A stretch of DNA of 64,000 nt from an uncultured Solirubrobacterales bacterium (GCA_963728755.1 CAVSLI010000001.1:93524-157523), one strand, 5' to 3'. Positions 10,240-21,741 are shown, counted from the first letter of the stretch. The notes: generated from the sequence alone by a model not told the origin. Translations and numbers: made by a program.

Positions 10240-11231
10240 ATGGCTGAGTTCACCCTCAAGGTCAGGCGCTTCAAGCCCGAGGACCGGAGGGCCCCTACTG
10301 GGAGACCTTCGACGTCGACCTCGACCCGACGCTCTCGGTCCTCGACGGCCTGCTCCAGGCGAAGGACCGCGACGACGGCTCGCTGGCGGTCCGCTGCTCC
10401 TGCCGCGCGGCGATCTGCGGCTCCTGCGGGATGAAGATCAACGGCCAGTCCGACCCTCGCCTGCAAGACGATGATCGGCGAGGCCCAGGACTACGCCGAG
10501 AGCCACGCCGTCGCGGCAAGGCGGCGGCGACAAGACGAAGCGGCCAACGGCCGACGAGCGCGATCGTGGTCGAGCCGATGGGGAACATGCCCGTGATCAA
10601 GGACCTGGTCACCGACATGGAGTCGACCCACTGGACCAAGATCCGCCGGGTCACTCCGTGGCTGCTGCCCGAGGGCGACCCGCCCGAGCGCGAGTACATC
10701 GTCCCGCCGGAGTCGATGATCGACGTGACCCAGTCGATGGCCTGCATCCAGTGCGGCGCCTGCGTCTCCTCCTGCCTCTCGATGGAGGCGGACCCCGACT
10801 TCATCGGCCCGGCGGCGCTCGCCAAGGCCTACCGCTTCGTCGGCGACCCGCGCGACGCCGAGACCAAGGAGCGCCTCCACGACCTCGCCCAGGACCCGCA
10901 CGGCATCTACGACTGCACCCACTGCTTCTCCTGCATCGACGCCTGCCCGAAGGGCGTCGCGCCGATGGACCAGATCATGCGGCTGCGGCGGGCCGCCGAC
11001 GAAGAGGACATCCAGGACCAGAACCACGGCCGCAACCACATGGAAGCCTTCACCAAGATCATCGAGAAGAAGGGGACGCTCGACGAGGCGGTGCTGCTCC
11101 AGGAGTCCTACGCCCCGGGCATCAAGGGCAAGCTGATCCCGCAGCACGGGGCGATCAAGGGCCTGGTCGAGTCGATCCCGACCGCGATCCGCGGCATCAA
11201 GGCGGCAAGATGCGCTCGCTGCCGAAGCTGA
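10240..11231 (+). pseudogene. sdhB: Succinate dehydrogenase iron-sulfur subunit, long (about 330 aa) non-classical type; reading frame broken at least 3 times
   Basis: Conserved pieces sit in different frames. MAEFTLKVRRFKPED (frame of 10234). PYWETFDVDLDPTLSVLDGL...CSCRAAICGSCGMKINGQS (frame of 10431). RLACKTMIGEA (third frame). IVVEPMGNMPVIKDLV...CIQCGACVSSC...CTHCFSCIDACPKG (10431 frame again). The first break is resolved by restoring one C in a C-run near 10278. Possible continuation or extra ORF 11208-11437. Confidence 0.8.
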
Positions 11232-11446
11232 TCCCGGGCGTCCACCCGAAGCTCCCGGGCGACGCCCAGGACCACGTCAAGCGGATCTACGCCCACGCCG
11301 AGGACCACCAGGTCGAGCTCAACCTCTACATCCGCGGCGAGGAGGCCGACGAGGACGAGCCGGTGCCCGAGGCCGAGGCGGTGCCCGAGGCGCGACGAGT
11401 CGAGCCGGAGCCCGACCGGCCAGAGGCGACCGGCTGATGAGCCGAC

Positions 11447-12334
11447 CTGAAGCTGGCCTACTGGCCCGGCTGCGTCTCGCGCGGCTTCACCCCCGAGCTG
11501 CACGGCTCGATGGCGCTGGTCGCCGAGCGGCTCGGGATCGAGCTGGTCGAGCTCGACCGCGCCAACTGCTGCGGCGCCGGCGTGATCGCCGAGCACAACC
11601 AGGAGCTCGCCGACACGCTCAACGCCCGCACCTTCGCGCTCGCCCAGCAGACCGGGCTGCCGATGATGAACATCTGCTCGACCTGCCAGGGCGCCCAGTC
11701 GGAGTGCCAGCAGCGCCTGCGCGACTCCGAGTACCGCTCCCACATCAACGAGACGCTCGCCGAGGAGGGCCTCGCCTACGACCCCGAGGGCTTCACGAAC
11801 AAGAACTTCCTCTGGGTGCTGGTCGAGGACTACGGGCTCGACAGCCTCGCCGAGCAGGTGCAGCGCCCGCTCGACGGGCTCCGGGTCGGGCCCTTCTACG
11901 GCTGCTACATCCTGCGCCCGAAGCACCGGCTCGGCTACGAGGACCACCCCGAGCGCGACCTCTACCTCGACCGGCTGATCGAGGCGCTCGGCGGCGAGGT
12001 CGTCCAGTACGACGGCGCGCGCAAGTGCTGCGGCTTCCCGATCATCACGATGGCCCGCGAGGTCTCGCTGCGGCAGGCCGGCACCCACGTCGGCGACGCG
12101 CTCGACGCCGGCGCCGACTGCCTGGTCACCCCCTGCCCGCTCTGCCACCTCAACCTCGACATGCAGCAGCCCGAGGCGGCCAAGGTCGTCAACCGCGACC
12201 TCGGCCTCGCCGTGCTCCACCTCCCCCAGCTCGTCGGCCTCGCGCTCGGCTTCGAGCCGAAGCAGCTCGGCATGAGCAAGCACATCGCCTCGACCGAGTG
12301 GGTCCAGCAGCGCCTCGAGCCCGTCGCGGCCTGA
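11447..12334 (+). CDS. CCG-domain (HdrB/SdhE-like) succinate dehydrogenase subunit
   Basis: Frame of track ORF 11510..12334 is open from 11441. [18 protein letters not shown]-terminus, cysteine motifs ANCCGAG, STCQG, KCCGFP, PCPLCH. No ATG/GTG in frame before 11510. An ATG at 11437 is one frame off, so either a CTG start (11447) or an indel near the start. Confidence 0.75.
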   Translation: MKLAYWPGCVSRGFTPELHGSMALVAERLGIELVELDRANCCGAGVIAEHNQELADTLNARTFALAQQTGLPMMNICSTCQGAQSECQQRLRDSEYRSHINETLAEEGLAYDPEGFTNKNFLWVLVEDYGLDSLAEQVQRPLDGLRVGPFYGCYILRPKHRLGYEDHPERDLYLDRLIEALGGEVVQYDGARKCCGFPIITMAREVSLRQAGTHVGDALDAGADCLVTPCPLCHLNLDMQQPEAAKVVNRDLGLAVLHLPQLVGLALGFEPKQLGMSKHIASTEWVQQRLEPVAA

Positions 12335-12340
12335 GCGCCG

Positions 12341-12645
12341 ATGACCGGTCGACCGAACGACCTGCTCGAGGAGATCAAGCAGCGCCTGGCGCTGGTCGAG
12401 ATGCGCCTGAGCAGCTCTTCGAGCACCTCGACATGAAGCCGCGTGCCGACGAGGCGGGACGAGGACGCCGGACCCGACGAGGACCCCGAGATCCAGGACC
12501 TGCTCGCGAAAGGGAACAAAGCCCAGGCGATCAAGCGCTACCAGCGAGCTCACCGGCGCCGGGCTTGGCGGAGGCCAAGGAGGCGATCGAGCGCGCCCAG
12601 GCGGGTGGCGGCGTCCTTGCGCTGAGACGCGCTCGTCGGCGCTAG
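12341..12645 (+). pseudogene. Small protein with ribosomal L7/L12 C-terminal-like motif; frame broken about 3 times
   Basis: Fragments in three frames: MTGRPNDLLEEIKQRLALVEMRL / EQLFEHLDMKP / DEDPEIQDLLAKGNKAQAIKRYQ / ELTGAGL / AEAKEAIERAQAGG. The GNKxxAIKxYxELTGAGLxEAKxAIE pattern is L7/L12-C-like. Confidence 0.3.
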
Positions 12646-12657
12646 CTTCAGTCGGCC

Positions 12658-14013
12658 ATGGCGTCGACGGACCCGCCCGAGACGCGGCACCGGATCAAGA
12701 TCCGGATCCTCCTGGTCCTCGCTTCGATCCTCGCGTTCCTGGCGATCTTCACCAGCTGGATGGACCGCCAGGCGCTCGACACCGAACAGTGGGTCGACAC
12801 CAGCGGCAAGCTGCTCGAGGACAAGGCGATCTCGGACGCCGTCGCCACCTACGCCGTCGACGAGCTCTACGCGAACGTCGACGTCACGGCGGTGGTCAAG
12901 CAGCGGCTGCCGCAGGACCTCCAGCCGTTCTCCGCCCCGGCCTCCGCCGGCATCCGCCAGTTCGCCACGCAGGCGGCCGAGCAGGCGATCCAGTCGCCGC
13001 GAGTACAGCAGGCCTGGCAGGACGCGAACCGAACTCGCCCACCGCCAGCTGGTCTCGATCCTGAAGGGGAACAACGAGGTGGTCTCGACCCAGAACGGCA
13101 AGGTCGTGCTCGAACCTCCGGCCCCTCGTCCTTCAGCTCGCGGACCGCATCGGGCTGAAGAAGCAGCTCAACGAGAAGCTCCCCCCGGACGTCGGCCAGC
13201 TCGAGGTCGCCGACTCGCAAGGAGCTCGACACCGCGCGGACCGTCGTCAAGCTCATCGAGGGGCTCGCCTGGCTCTTCACGTTCGGCAGCGCTGGCGCTG
13301 TTCGGGCTGGCGGTCTATCTGGCGAAGGGCCGGCGCTGGATGGTCATGCTCGCCTACGGCTTCGGACTGGTCGCCGCGGGGCTCGCCGCGATCGCTGTGC
13401 GGGGCGCGCTCAAGGGGCTGTTCGTCGATTCGCTCGCCAAGACCGAGGACGCGAACGTCCCCGCCGAGCACGCCTGGGACATCGGCACCTCGCTGCTGCA
13501 GAGCATCGCGACGAGCGTCGTCATCTACGGCGTCCTCTTCGTGCATCGCGGCCTTCCTGGCCTCGCCGGCGCGATCCGCCGTCGGCATCCGTCGGGCGCT
13601 CGCGCCGACGCTTGCGCGAGCGACGCGAGCTCGTCTGGTCGGTCTTCGCCGCGGCCGCCCTGATCGTGTTGATCGTCTGGCCGCCGGCCGGGACGCGCCA
13701 GCTGGTGCTGACGCTGCTGCTGATCGCGCTGGCCGGCGTCGGCATCGAGGCGCTCAGCCGAAAGACGCTGCACGAGTTCCCGGGCGCGCAGCGAGGCGAC
13801 TGGATGCGGTCGATGCGCGAGCGCGCCGCAGCGCGACCACGGAGGCCGGGCGGCGGATCGGCTCGGCGGTGAGGGGCCTCACGGACGACGAGCGGCATCC
13901 CGACGACGCAAAGCTCGATCGGCTCGAGCGGCTCGGCGAGCTGAAGGAGAAGGGCGTGCTGACCGCGACCGAGTTCCGCGAGGAGAAGAAGAAGGCTCCT
14001 CAGCGCGTCGTAG
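12658..14013 (+). pseudogene. Membrane protein with C-terminal SHOCT domain; multiple frame breaks
   Basis: N-terminal TM (IRILLVLASILAFLAIFTSW) and a conserved extracytoplasmic region in the track ORF 12658 frame. Continuation (HRQLVSILKGNNEVVSTQNGKVVL..., later TM-rich pieces) lies in other frames. C-terminal LERLGELKEKGVLTATEFREEKKK followed after one more shift by LLSAS-stop (TAG 14011-14013) matches SHOCT. Confidence 0.5.
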
Positions 14014-15202
14014 TTGAGCACCCGGCGCTCGATCCACCGCGCGCCGAGGGTGTCGGTGAGCCCATGGATCACGATCGAGACGAGGATGACGAAGGCGGCC
14101 GTCTCGAAGATCAGCGTCCGCCTCCCCGACCTCCGAGTTGAGAACGAGCTCGGCGAACAGGATCGCCGCCACGCCCTTCGGGCCGAACCAGGCGATGAAG
14201 CGCTGGTGCGGCGGCGGGCAGCCCCACCCGCACGGAACGAGAGGGTGATCGCCACCGGGCGCGCGATCAGCAGCGCGAAGGCGATGAACACGATCAGCAG
14301 CGGGATGTCGCCGTGGTAGCCGGTGGCGACGATCAGCCCGCCGAAGGCGAAGAAGGTGAGCACCTGGAGGATCGAGCTCGACGTTCTCGCTGAAGACGAC
14401 GAAGTCATCGGCGATGTCGTGATCGGTCGCGGCCAGCGAGATCCCGCAGACGAAGGCCGCGATCAGGCCGTTGCCGACGGTGACGTCGGCAAGCCCGTAG
14501 GCGAAGCAGGCCGACCCCCAGCGCGTAGATCCCCTCGTAGCGCCGCACGATGCCGCCACCCGGGAGATGGTGGGTGAGCCTGCCGGCGCCGATGCCGAGC
14601 AGGACGCCGAGCACCGCGCCGAAGGCGGCCTCCCCGACGAGCTTCGCCGCCTCGCTGCCGGCGTCGCCGCCAGGCGAGGCGAGGATGATGAAAAAGAGGA
14701 CGAAGGGCAGCGCCAGGCCGTCGTTGAGCCCCGACTCGAGATTGAGCGCGTGCCGCACCGACGCCGGCACGCGCTGGGAGGTGACCACCGCCGAGGTGAC
14801 CACCGGGTCGGTGGCGGAGAGAACGGAGCCGAGCAGGAATGCCTCCGCCCAGCTCAGTTCCGAGAAGAGCAGCTTCGCGGCGAGCGCCAGCAGCACCAGC
14901 GTGAGGGGCATCGCGATCAGCAAGGCGCGGACCACGGGACCCCAGTGCATGACGAGCAGCTCCCGCTCGACGAAGAGCCCGTCGGAAAACAGCGTGACGA
15001 TCAGGGCGAGCAGGAAGAGGTGGACGACAGCCGTGTCGGACCCGTCGACATGGATCGCACCCGTTTCGGCCAGGATCAGCCCGGCCCCGACGGAGAGCAC
15101 CGAAATCGACAGCACCGTGCCGCGCATCAGGCCGGACAACGCGGCCGCCGCCGCCAGCAACACCCCGCTGTAGAGAAGCGCCTCCCCGAACCCGACGTCC
15201 AT
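14000..15202 (-). pseudogene. Cation:proton antiporter (NhaP/CPA1 type); several frame breaks; 3' end approximate
   Basis: N-terminal 265 aa intact (track ORF 14405..15202: ...SVLSATDPVVTSAV..., NLESGLNDGLALPF). Downstream TM segments continue in the frames of track ORFs 13879..14559 and 13521..14408 (...FAFGGLIVATGYHGDIPLLIVFIAFALLIARPVAI..., ...VILVSIVIHGLTDTLGARWIERR). Confidence 0.65.
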
Positions 15203-15277
15203 GCCCGGCTTATACAGCGTGTCCGGTCAGCCGCCTGACGGCAGCCTGACACTGCGGGCACTTCACTGCGAGGGGTT

Positions 15278-16339
15278 TCAGCTCAGGAACGCGCCGGCGG
15301 GGACCCGGACCAGACCCCGCTGGTGGAGCAGCTCGGCGACCTGCACGGCGTTGAGAGCCGCGCCCTTGCGCAGGTTGTCGCCGACCACCCAGAGGTTGAG
15401 ACAGCGCTCGTGGGAGGGGTCGCGGCGGATCCGCCCGACCAGCACCTCGTCGCGGCCGGCGGCCGCGATCGGCAGCGGGTAGATCCCGTCACTGGGATCG
15501 TCGAGCACGACGAGGCCCGGAGCATCGGAGAGCAGCTCGCGGCACTCGTCGGGCGAGAGCTCGCGCTCGGTCTGGACGTTCACGGACTCGGAGTGACCGG
15601 TCACCACCGGCACGCGGGCACAGGTCGCCGAGATCCCGACCGCCTCGGAAAGGCCGAGGATCTTGCGGGTCTCGGCCATCACCTTGCGCTCCTCGGTCGT
15701 GTAGTCGTCGCCGTCCTTGAAGTTCTCCACCTGCGGAAGCACGTTGAAGGCGACCTGGTGCGGATAGACCTTCGCCTCCACCGCCTTGCCCTTGAGCACG
15801 GCTTCCGCCTGCTCTCGGAGCTCCTTGATCGCCTCGCGCCCGGTCCCCGAGACCGACTGGTAGGTCGAGACGATCAGCCGCTCGATCCCGGCGGCATCGA
15901 GGATCGGCTTGAGCGCGACCATCAGCTCCATCGTCGTGCAGTTCGGGTTGGCGACCAGCCCGTTGTGTCCCGCGACGGCATCGTCATTCACCTGGGCGAC
16001 GACGAGCGGGACGTCCTCGTGCATCCGCCAGTAGCTCGTATTGTCGACGACCACGGCGCCGGCCTCGATCCACTTCGGCGCCCACTCCGCGCTCACCCTG
16101 CCGCCGGCCGAGGAGAGGATCAGGTCGAGACCCTGGATCGTCTCGTCGGCCAGCTCCCGGACCTCGAGCTCGGAGCCGGCGAAGTCGACCGTGCTGCCCG
16201 CCGATCGCGCCGACGCCAGGGGCCGCAGCTCGGCGAGCGGGAACCTGCGCTCGGCCAGCACCTCGAGGATCGTCGAGCCGACGGCGCCCGTTGCGCCGAC
16301 GACGCCGACTCGGTATTCGCCGTTCGCGGCCATGCCCAC
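15278..16339 (-). CDS. asd: Aspartate-semialdehyde dehydrogenase
   Basis: 353-aa intact ORF. VGVVGATGAVGS NAD(P) motif, active-site region VANPNCTTMEL. Sits directly downstream of aspartate kinase. Confidence 0.92.
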   Translation of the reverse strand: MGMAANGEYRVGVVGATGAVGSTILEVLAERRFPLAELRPLASARSAGSTVDFAGSELEVRELADETIQGLDLILSSAGGRVSAEWAPKWIEAGAVVVDNTSYWRMHEDVPLVVAQVNDDAVAGHNGLVANPNCTTMELMVALKPILDAAGIERLIVSTYQSVSGTGREAIKELREQAEAVLKGKAVEAKVYPHQVAFNVLPQVENFKDGDDYTTEERKVMAETRKILGLSEAVGISATCARVPVVTGHSESVNVQTERELSPDECRELLSDAPGLVVLDDPSDGIYPLPIAAAGRDEVLVGRIRRDPSHERCLNLWVVGDNLRKGAALNAVQVAELLHQRGLVRVPAGAFLS

Positions 16340-16358
16340 AGGGTACGGAGTGGCCGGG

Positions 16359-17648
16359 CTAGGACGAGACGGTCGGGTGGTGCTCCTCGCCGGTCGGGTC
16401 CTCCTCGCGGATGGCTCCCTCGCCCAGCTCGAATGCGGAGTGGAGAGACGTGACCGCCTGCGGCACCTGGTCGGCGCGGATCACGCAGGAGATCTTGATC
16501 GGGGAGGTGGAGATCATCTCGATGTTGATCCCGTTCTCGCCGAGGACCCGGAAGACCTTGGCGGCGACGCCGGGATGGCTGCGCATCCCGGCCCCGACGA
16601 TCGACACCTTGCCCATCGCCTCGTCGGTCTCGATCCCGATCTCGGAGTCCTCGATGCGAATCGCCTCGACTGCGCTTTCGAGGTCAGCCGCCTCGAGGGT
16701 GAACGAGAGGTCCGCGCCGCCGTCGTGTGAGACCGGCTCGTTCTGGATGATCATGTCGACGTTGATGTTGGCGTCGGCGAGCGCACCGAAGATGCGCCCC
16801 GCGACGCCGGGCTCATCGGGCACCCCGGTCAGGGTGACCCGCGCCTCATCGGTCGAGTGGGTGACTGCGGTGACGAGCGGTCGTTCCATGGTCTCCTGCT
16901 CCGAGACGACGAGGGTACCTGGGCCGTCGCTCACCGAGCTGCGGCAGTGGATGCGGACGTCGTGGTTCCGCGCGTATTCGACCGAGCGCAGCTGAAGCAC
17001 CTTGGCGCCCGAGGCGGCCATCTCGAGCATCTCCTCGTAGGAGACGATCGGCAGCTTGCGTGCCTCGGGGACGATGCGAGGGTCCGCGCTGAAGACACCC
17101 GCGACATCGGTGTAGATCTCGCAGACATCACCGCCGAGGGCGGCGGCCAGTGCGACGGCGGTCGTGTCGGAGCCGCCACGGCCGAGCGTGGTCACGTCGC
17201 GGCTGTCGGTGGACACTCCCTGGAAGCCCGCGACCAGGACGATCGAATCCTCCTCCAGCGCCGAGCGGATACGGTCGGCCCGCACGTCGATGATCCGGGC
17301 CTTGGTATGGGAGGAGTCGGTGACGATTCCCGCCTGGGAGCCGGTCAGGGAGATCGCCCGGTGGCCGAGGTCATTGATCGCCATCGCACAGAGGGCGCAG
17401 GACTCCCGCTCCCCGATCGAGAGCAGCATGTCCATCTCGCGGGGATCCGGGCGAGGCGAGATCTCGCCCGCGGCCTCGAGCAGGCGGTCCGTGGTCTTGC
17501 CGCGCGCGGAGAGCACCGCGACGACCTGCTGACCCTGCTCGCGCGCGGCGACGATCCGCCTGGCGGCGCGCTTGAGCTCCTGGGTGCCCGCCACCGAGGT
17601 GCCTCCGAACTTCATCACCACGATCCCGCTTTCCTGGGTCACGCTCAT
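16359..17648 (-). CDS. ask: Aspartate kinase
   Basis: 429-aa intact [15 protein letters not shown] kinase motif, two C-terminal ACT-like repeats. ask-asd pairing is typical of actinobacteria. Confidence 0.92.
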   Translation of the reverse strand: MSVTQESGIVVMKFGGTSVAGTQELKRAARRIVAAREQGQQVVAVLSARGKTTDRLLEAAGEISPRPDPREMDMLLSIGERESCALCAMAINDLGHRAISLTGSQAGIVTDSSHTKARIIDVRADRIRSALEEDSIVLVAGFQGVSTDSRDVTTLGRGGSDTTAVALAAALGGDVCEIYTDVAGVFSADPRIVPEARKLPIVSYEEMLEMAASGAKVLQLRSVEYARNHDVRIHCRSSVSDGPGTLVVSEQETMERPLVTAVTHSTDEARVTLTGVPDEPGVAGRIFGALADANINVDMIIQNEPVSHDGGADLSFTLEAADLESAVEAIRIEDSEIGIETDEAMGKVSIVGAGMRSHPGVAAKVFRVLGENGINIEMISTSPIKISCVIRADQVPQAVTSLHSAFELGEGAIREEDPTGEEHHPTVSS

Positions 17649-17696
17649 GGCGAGTGAGGATAGGTGAGGCTCGACGACCCCGGAAATCCCCGGTCC

Positions 17697-17747
17697 GTGA
17701 CTGAAGTCACAGACCCGTATGTATCTGATTGATATATCTGTTCCACT
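17697..17747. promoter_or_regulatory. Divergent ask / padR control region: 14-bp palindrome GTGACTGAAGTCAC plus an unusually AT-rich tract with TATCTG direct repeats
   Basis: Palindrome at 17697-17710. Then GTATGTATCTGATTGATATATCTGTTCCACT immediately before the padR ATG (17748), containing the GATATATC palindrome and two TATCTG copies. AT-rich islands are rare in this window. Confidence 0.35.
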
Positions 17748-18332
17748 ATGGAACTCAGCGCCACGGGCAAGGTGATCCTGGGGATGCTGGCGGCCAGGCC
17801 GCGGTCCGGTTACGAGATCAAGCAGCTGGTGGACAGCTCCGCCCGGTTCTTCTGGGCGGCGAGCTACGGCCAGATCTACCCCGAGCTCAAGAAGCTGGAG
17901 AGGGCCGGCCTGATCGCCGGCGACGACTCCTCCCAGGGAGCGCGCCAGCGGACGACCTTCAAGCTCACCGCCGAGGGCAGGCGGGCGGCACGCGAGTGGA
18001 TCGGAACGCCGCCGAAGGTCCTGGAGACCCGGGATGAGGGCCTTCTTAAGCTCTTCTTCGCAGGCTCGGTCGACGAGAAGCGTGCGCCCGAGATCGCTCG
18101 CGAGCGCGCCGCGATCTCCCGGGTCAAGGCGGCCGAGCTGCGCGCGATCGCGGAGCAGGTCGAGGAAGCCGGGGCGCCCGAGGGGCCGGCGGCGGAGCCG
18201 GATGGGGGCTCGCTGACGGTGCTCCGCTACGGCATCGAGATGAGCGAATGGACGGCGGAGTGGTTCGAGCGTGCCGCCGAGGACCTGGAGAAGCAGATCG
18301 CCGGCGCCGGTGTCGGCGCGGCAAGGGGGTAG
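17748..18332 (+). CDS. PadR family transcriptional regulator
   Basis: 194-aa ORF. PadR winged-helix signature SGYEIKQLV...[17 protein letters not shown]. Stop is 2 nt before the MMPL start. Confidence 0.85.
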   Translation: MELSATGKVILGMLAARPRSGYEIKQLVDSSARFFWAASYGQIYPELKKLERAGLIAGDDSSQGARQRTTFKLTAEGRRAAREWIGTPPKVLETRDEGLLKLFFAGSVDEKRAPEIARERAAISRVKAAELRAIAEQVEEAGAPEGPAAEPDGGSLTVLRYGIEMSEWTAEWFERAAEDLEKQIAGAGVGAARG

Positions 18333-18334
18333 TC

Positions 18335-20471
18335 ATGTTCAACGCACTCGCATCGCTCGCACAGCGGCATGGCAAGAGGACGGTGATCTTCGCCGCGGTC
18401 TTCTTCGTCATCGCCGGAGCACTCGGCGGCGGCGTCGCCAGCAAGCTCGCGCCCTATGGAGCCGACGACCCGGCGACCGAGAGCGTCAAGGCCACCGACC
18501 GCCTGGAGGCCGACGGGTACCGCGATCCCGGCGTGATCGTGCTCTTCCAGAACACCTCGCCCACCTCAAAGGCGGGCCAGCAGAAAATTCAGGGGGTCGA
18601 GCGCCAGCTGCGAGGGAATCCCGACGTGGCCCGCGTGACCGGCTACCTCGAAACGCAGAGCCTTGACTTCGTCTCACGAGACGGCAGCGCGACCTACCTG
18701 GCGGTCAGCCTGAAGCCCACCGGCGACAAGGAGGGACAGGACGCGGCCAAGGCGATCGCCGACGACCTCTCCGGCCAGCCGGGCGTCAAGGTCGGCGGCA
18801 TCTCGCTCGCCCAGGAGCAGGTCAACAAGCAGGTCGAGAAGGACCTGCGGATGGCCGAGATGCTCGCCTTCCCCCTCCTCTTCCTGCTCTCGCTGCTCTT
18901 CTTCCGCAGCGCCGTGGCCGCCCTGCTGCCGCTGATGATCGGCGGGCTGGCGATCGTCGGCACGTTCCTGCTGCTCCGCCTCGCGAACGAGTTCGTCGAC
19001 GTCTCGATCTTCGCGCTCAACCTGACCACGGGGCTGGGGCTCGGGCTGGCGATCGACTACAGCCTCTTCGTCGTCTCCAGGTACCGAGAGGAGATCGCGA
19101 AGTCCGGGCCCGGGCCGAAGGCGATGAGGCGAACGCTCAACACGGCGGGGCGCACGGTGCTGTTCTCCTCGATCACCGTCGCCGTGGCCCTCGCCTCCCT
19201 TCTGATCTTCCCGCAGCGCTTCCTCTACTCGATGGGGCTCGGCGGGGCACTGGTGGCGGTACTCGCGGCATCGATCGCTCTCACCGTGCTGCCGGCGGTG
19301 CTTGCGCTGCTCGGCCGGCGGGTGAACGCTGGGGCGCCGAGCTTCCTGCAGCGGCGGGCGGAGCGCGACGCCACCGCCGCGGAGGAGGGATTCTGGTACC
19401 GGCTCTCGCGCTTGGTCATGCGCCGGCCGATCGGCATCGCGACGGTGACCGCCGTGATCCTGATCGTGCTCGGGATCCCCTTCTACTCGATCAAGTTCAC
19501 CTCGGTGGACGCCCAGGTGCTCCCCGAGAGCGCCAGCGCAAGGCAGGTCGACAACGTGATGCGCGCCCAGTTCCCGCCGTTCCACGACACGCCCAACCTC
19601 CTGCTGGTCGAGAACGCGACGCCGTCGGCACTGCGCGCCGTCCAGGGCGAGGTCTCGCGGGTGAAGGGCATCGCGCAGGTGCAGCCGGCACAGCAGCTCG
19701 ACAACGGGGACGCGGTGATCGTTGCCTACTCCGACCAGAGCTACATCTCCGACTCGAGCCGCAACGCCGTGAAGGAGATCCGTGACCTGTCGGTCCCGGA
19801 CGGCTCGCAGGTGCTGGTTGGAGGCGCCGCGGCGCATTTCGTCGACCTCCAGCACAGCCTGGAGACGCACGCCCCCATCGCCCTCGCGATCGTGATCGTG
19901 GCCACCCTGATCGTCCTCTTCCTGATGACGGGCTCGGTCGTGCTTCCGGTCAAGCAGCTGGTGATGAATTTCCTCAACCTGAGCGCGGTCTTCGGAATCC
20001 TGGTCTTCGTCTTCCAGGACGGCCGGCTCGAGGGCCTGCTCGACTACCGCGGCCAAGGGGCGCTCGAGCAGACGATGCCGATCCTGCTGTTCGCCGTCGT
20101 CTTCGGGCTCTCGACCGACTACGGGGTCTTCCTGCTCTCCCGGATCAAGGAGGCGCACGACTCCGGAATCCCCAGTCTCGGAGGCGGTCGCGGTTGGACT
20201 GGAGCGGACCGGGCGAATCGTGACGGCGGCCGCCCTCCTCTTCGCGATCGCGATCGGCGCCTTCGCGACCTCGCAGATCATCTTCATCAAGGAGAACGGC
20301 GTCGGCACGGCCCTGGCGGTCCTGATCGACGCGAGCCTGATCCGAGCCCTGCTCGTACCGTCGCTGATGGAGCTCCTCGGGGAATGGAACTGGTGGGCGC
20401 CGAAACCGCTGCGCCGGCTCCACCAGCGGTTCGGGCTCAGCGACACCGGACCCGAACCAGTGACCGGGTGA
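18335..20471 (+). pseudogene. MMPL family RND-type membrane transporter; single frame break near 20180
   Basis: ATG at 18335 (MFNALASLAQRHGKRTV) within track ORF 18248..20485. 12-TM MMPL architecture. After ...LLSRIKEAHDSGIPSL the conserved continuation EAVAVGLERTGRIVTAAALLFAIAIGAF...LMELLGEWNWWAP is in the frame of track ORF 20220..20471. Confidence 0.8.
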
Positions 20472-20515
20472 GAACGCGCACTTAGCGCCCAGGCGCACGG
20501 GTATCCTGGCGACGC

Positions 20516-20752
20516 GTGACCATCGCCACGGCAATATTCCTGATCGCCGCCGGCGCGATTCTGCGCTACGCGCTCAACGTCGAGAGCGACGTGATCAACA
20601 TCCAGACCGTCGGCCTGATCCTGATGATCGCGGGAGGCGCCGGGCTGGCGCTCTCGCTCCTCTATGAGCTGGTCCAGCAGGGTGGCTCGCGCGACCGGGA
20701 CGAATCCCCGGATCGCCGCAGCGGCTACGACGACCCGACGCGCCGTCTCTAG
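20516..20752 (+). CDS. Small two-TM membrane protein (DUF6458-like)
   Basis: 78-aa ORF, GTG start. Two hydrophobic helices (IATAIFLIAAGAILRYAL, VGLILMIAGGAGLALSLL) and a charged tail. Family assignment is from memory only. Confidence 0.45.
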   Translation: MTIATAIFLIAAGAILRYALNVESDVINIQTVGLILMIAGGAGLALSLLYELVQQGGSRDRDESPDRRSGYDDPTRRL

Positions 20753-21343
20753 CTAGCCGAAGCTCTGGCGGCCGGCCAGGGCCTTGCCGAGCGTCACCTC
20801 GTCGGCGTGCTCGAGATCAGCGCCCACCGGAAGACCGCTGGCGAGCCTCGTGACGGTGACGCGGCCCCGCAGCGCGTCGGCGATGTGCAGCGCGGTCGCC
20901 TCGCCGGTGGTGGTCGGGTTCGTGGCCAGGACGACCTCGTTGACCTCGCCGTTGACGCGGCCGAGCAGCTCGGCGATCCGCAGGTCCTCGGGATCGATCC
21001 CGTCGATCGGCGAGAGCGCGCCGCCGAGCACGTGGTAGACGCCGCGGTACTCACCGGTCCGCTCGATCGGGATCACGTCAGCGGGCTCCTCCACAACGCA
21101 GATCAGCGACTGGTCGCGCCGCCCGTCCTCGCAGATCCGGCAGCGGGGCCCTTCGCTGAGGTTGAAGCAGACCTCGCAGAGGCCGACCTTCTCCTTCACC
21201 TCGCGGATCGCGTCGGCGAGGGCGAGCGCGTCCTCGTCGTCCGCCCGCAGGATGTGGAAGGCGAGCCGCTGCGCGGTGCGCTGGCCGATGCCGGGCAGCT
21301 TGGAGAGCTCGGCGATCAGGCGGCTGATCGGTCCCGCGTACAT
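20753..21343 (-). CDS. recR: Recombination protein RecR
   Basis: 196-aa ORF. HhH N-terminus (LPGIGQRTAQRLAFH), Cys4 zinc finger CEVCFNLSEGPRCRIC, Toprim domain. Confidence 0.93.
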   Translation of the reverse strand: MYAGPISRLIAELSKLPGIGQRTAQRLAFHILRADDEDALALADAIREVKEKVGLCEVCFNLSEGPRCRICEDGRRDQSLICVVEEPADVIPIERTGEYRGVYHVLGGALSPIDGIDPEDLRIAELLGRVNGEVNEVVLATNPTTTGEATALHIADALRGRVTVTRLASGLPVGADLEHADEVTLGKALAGRQSFG

Positions 21344-21418
21344 GGCTCCAGCGTAACCATGAGCCTGGCCGGCCTGACCTCGTCCTGCTCAGCGGCGGCC
21401 GCAGGACCGCCGCCGGAT

Positions 21419-21741
21419 CTACATGCCGGGGAGGCCCGGTAGGCCCCCGCCGGCGATGCCGCCCATGCGATTGGCGGCGAGCTCCTGTGCGGAGCGCAGC
21501 GCCTCGTTGACCGCGGCCGTGACCATGTCCTGGAGGAGGTCCGGATCCTCAGGGTCGATTGCTTCGGGGAGATCTTGATCTCGCGCAGCTGCATGTCGCC
21601 GGTCATCGTCACCTTGACCATGCCTCCGCCGGCGCTCGCCTCGACGGTCTCGTTCTTGAGCTGCTCCTGCGCCTTCGCCATCTCGGCCTGCATCTGCTGG
21701 GCCTGCTTGAGCAGCTGATTCAGGTCTGGTCCCTGCGGCAT
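21419..21741 (-). pseudogene. ybaB: YbaB/EbfC nucleoid-associated protein; one frame break near 21565
   Basis: N-terminal LLKQAQQMQAEMAKAQEQLKNETVEASAGGGMVKVTMTGDMQLREIKISP in track ORF 21316..21741. After a 1-nt shift it continues EAIDPEDPDLLQDMVTAAVNEALRSAQELAANRMGGIAGGGLPGLPGM-stop (TAG complement at 21419-21421). Confidence 0.8.
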
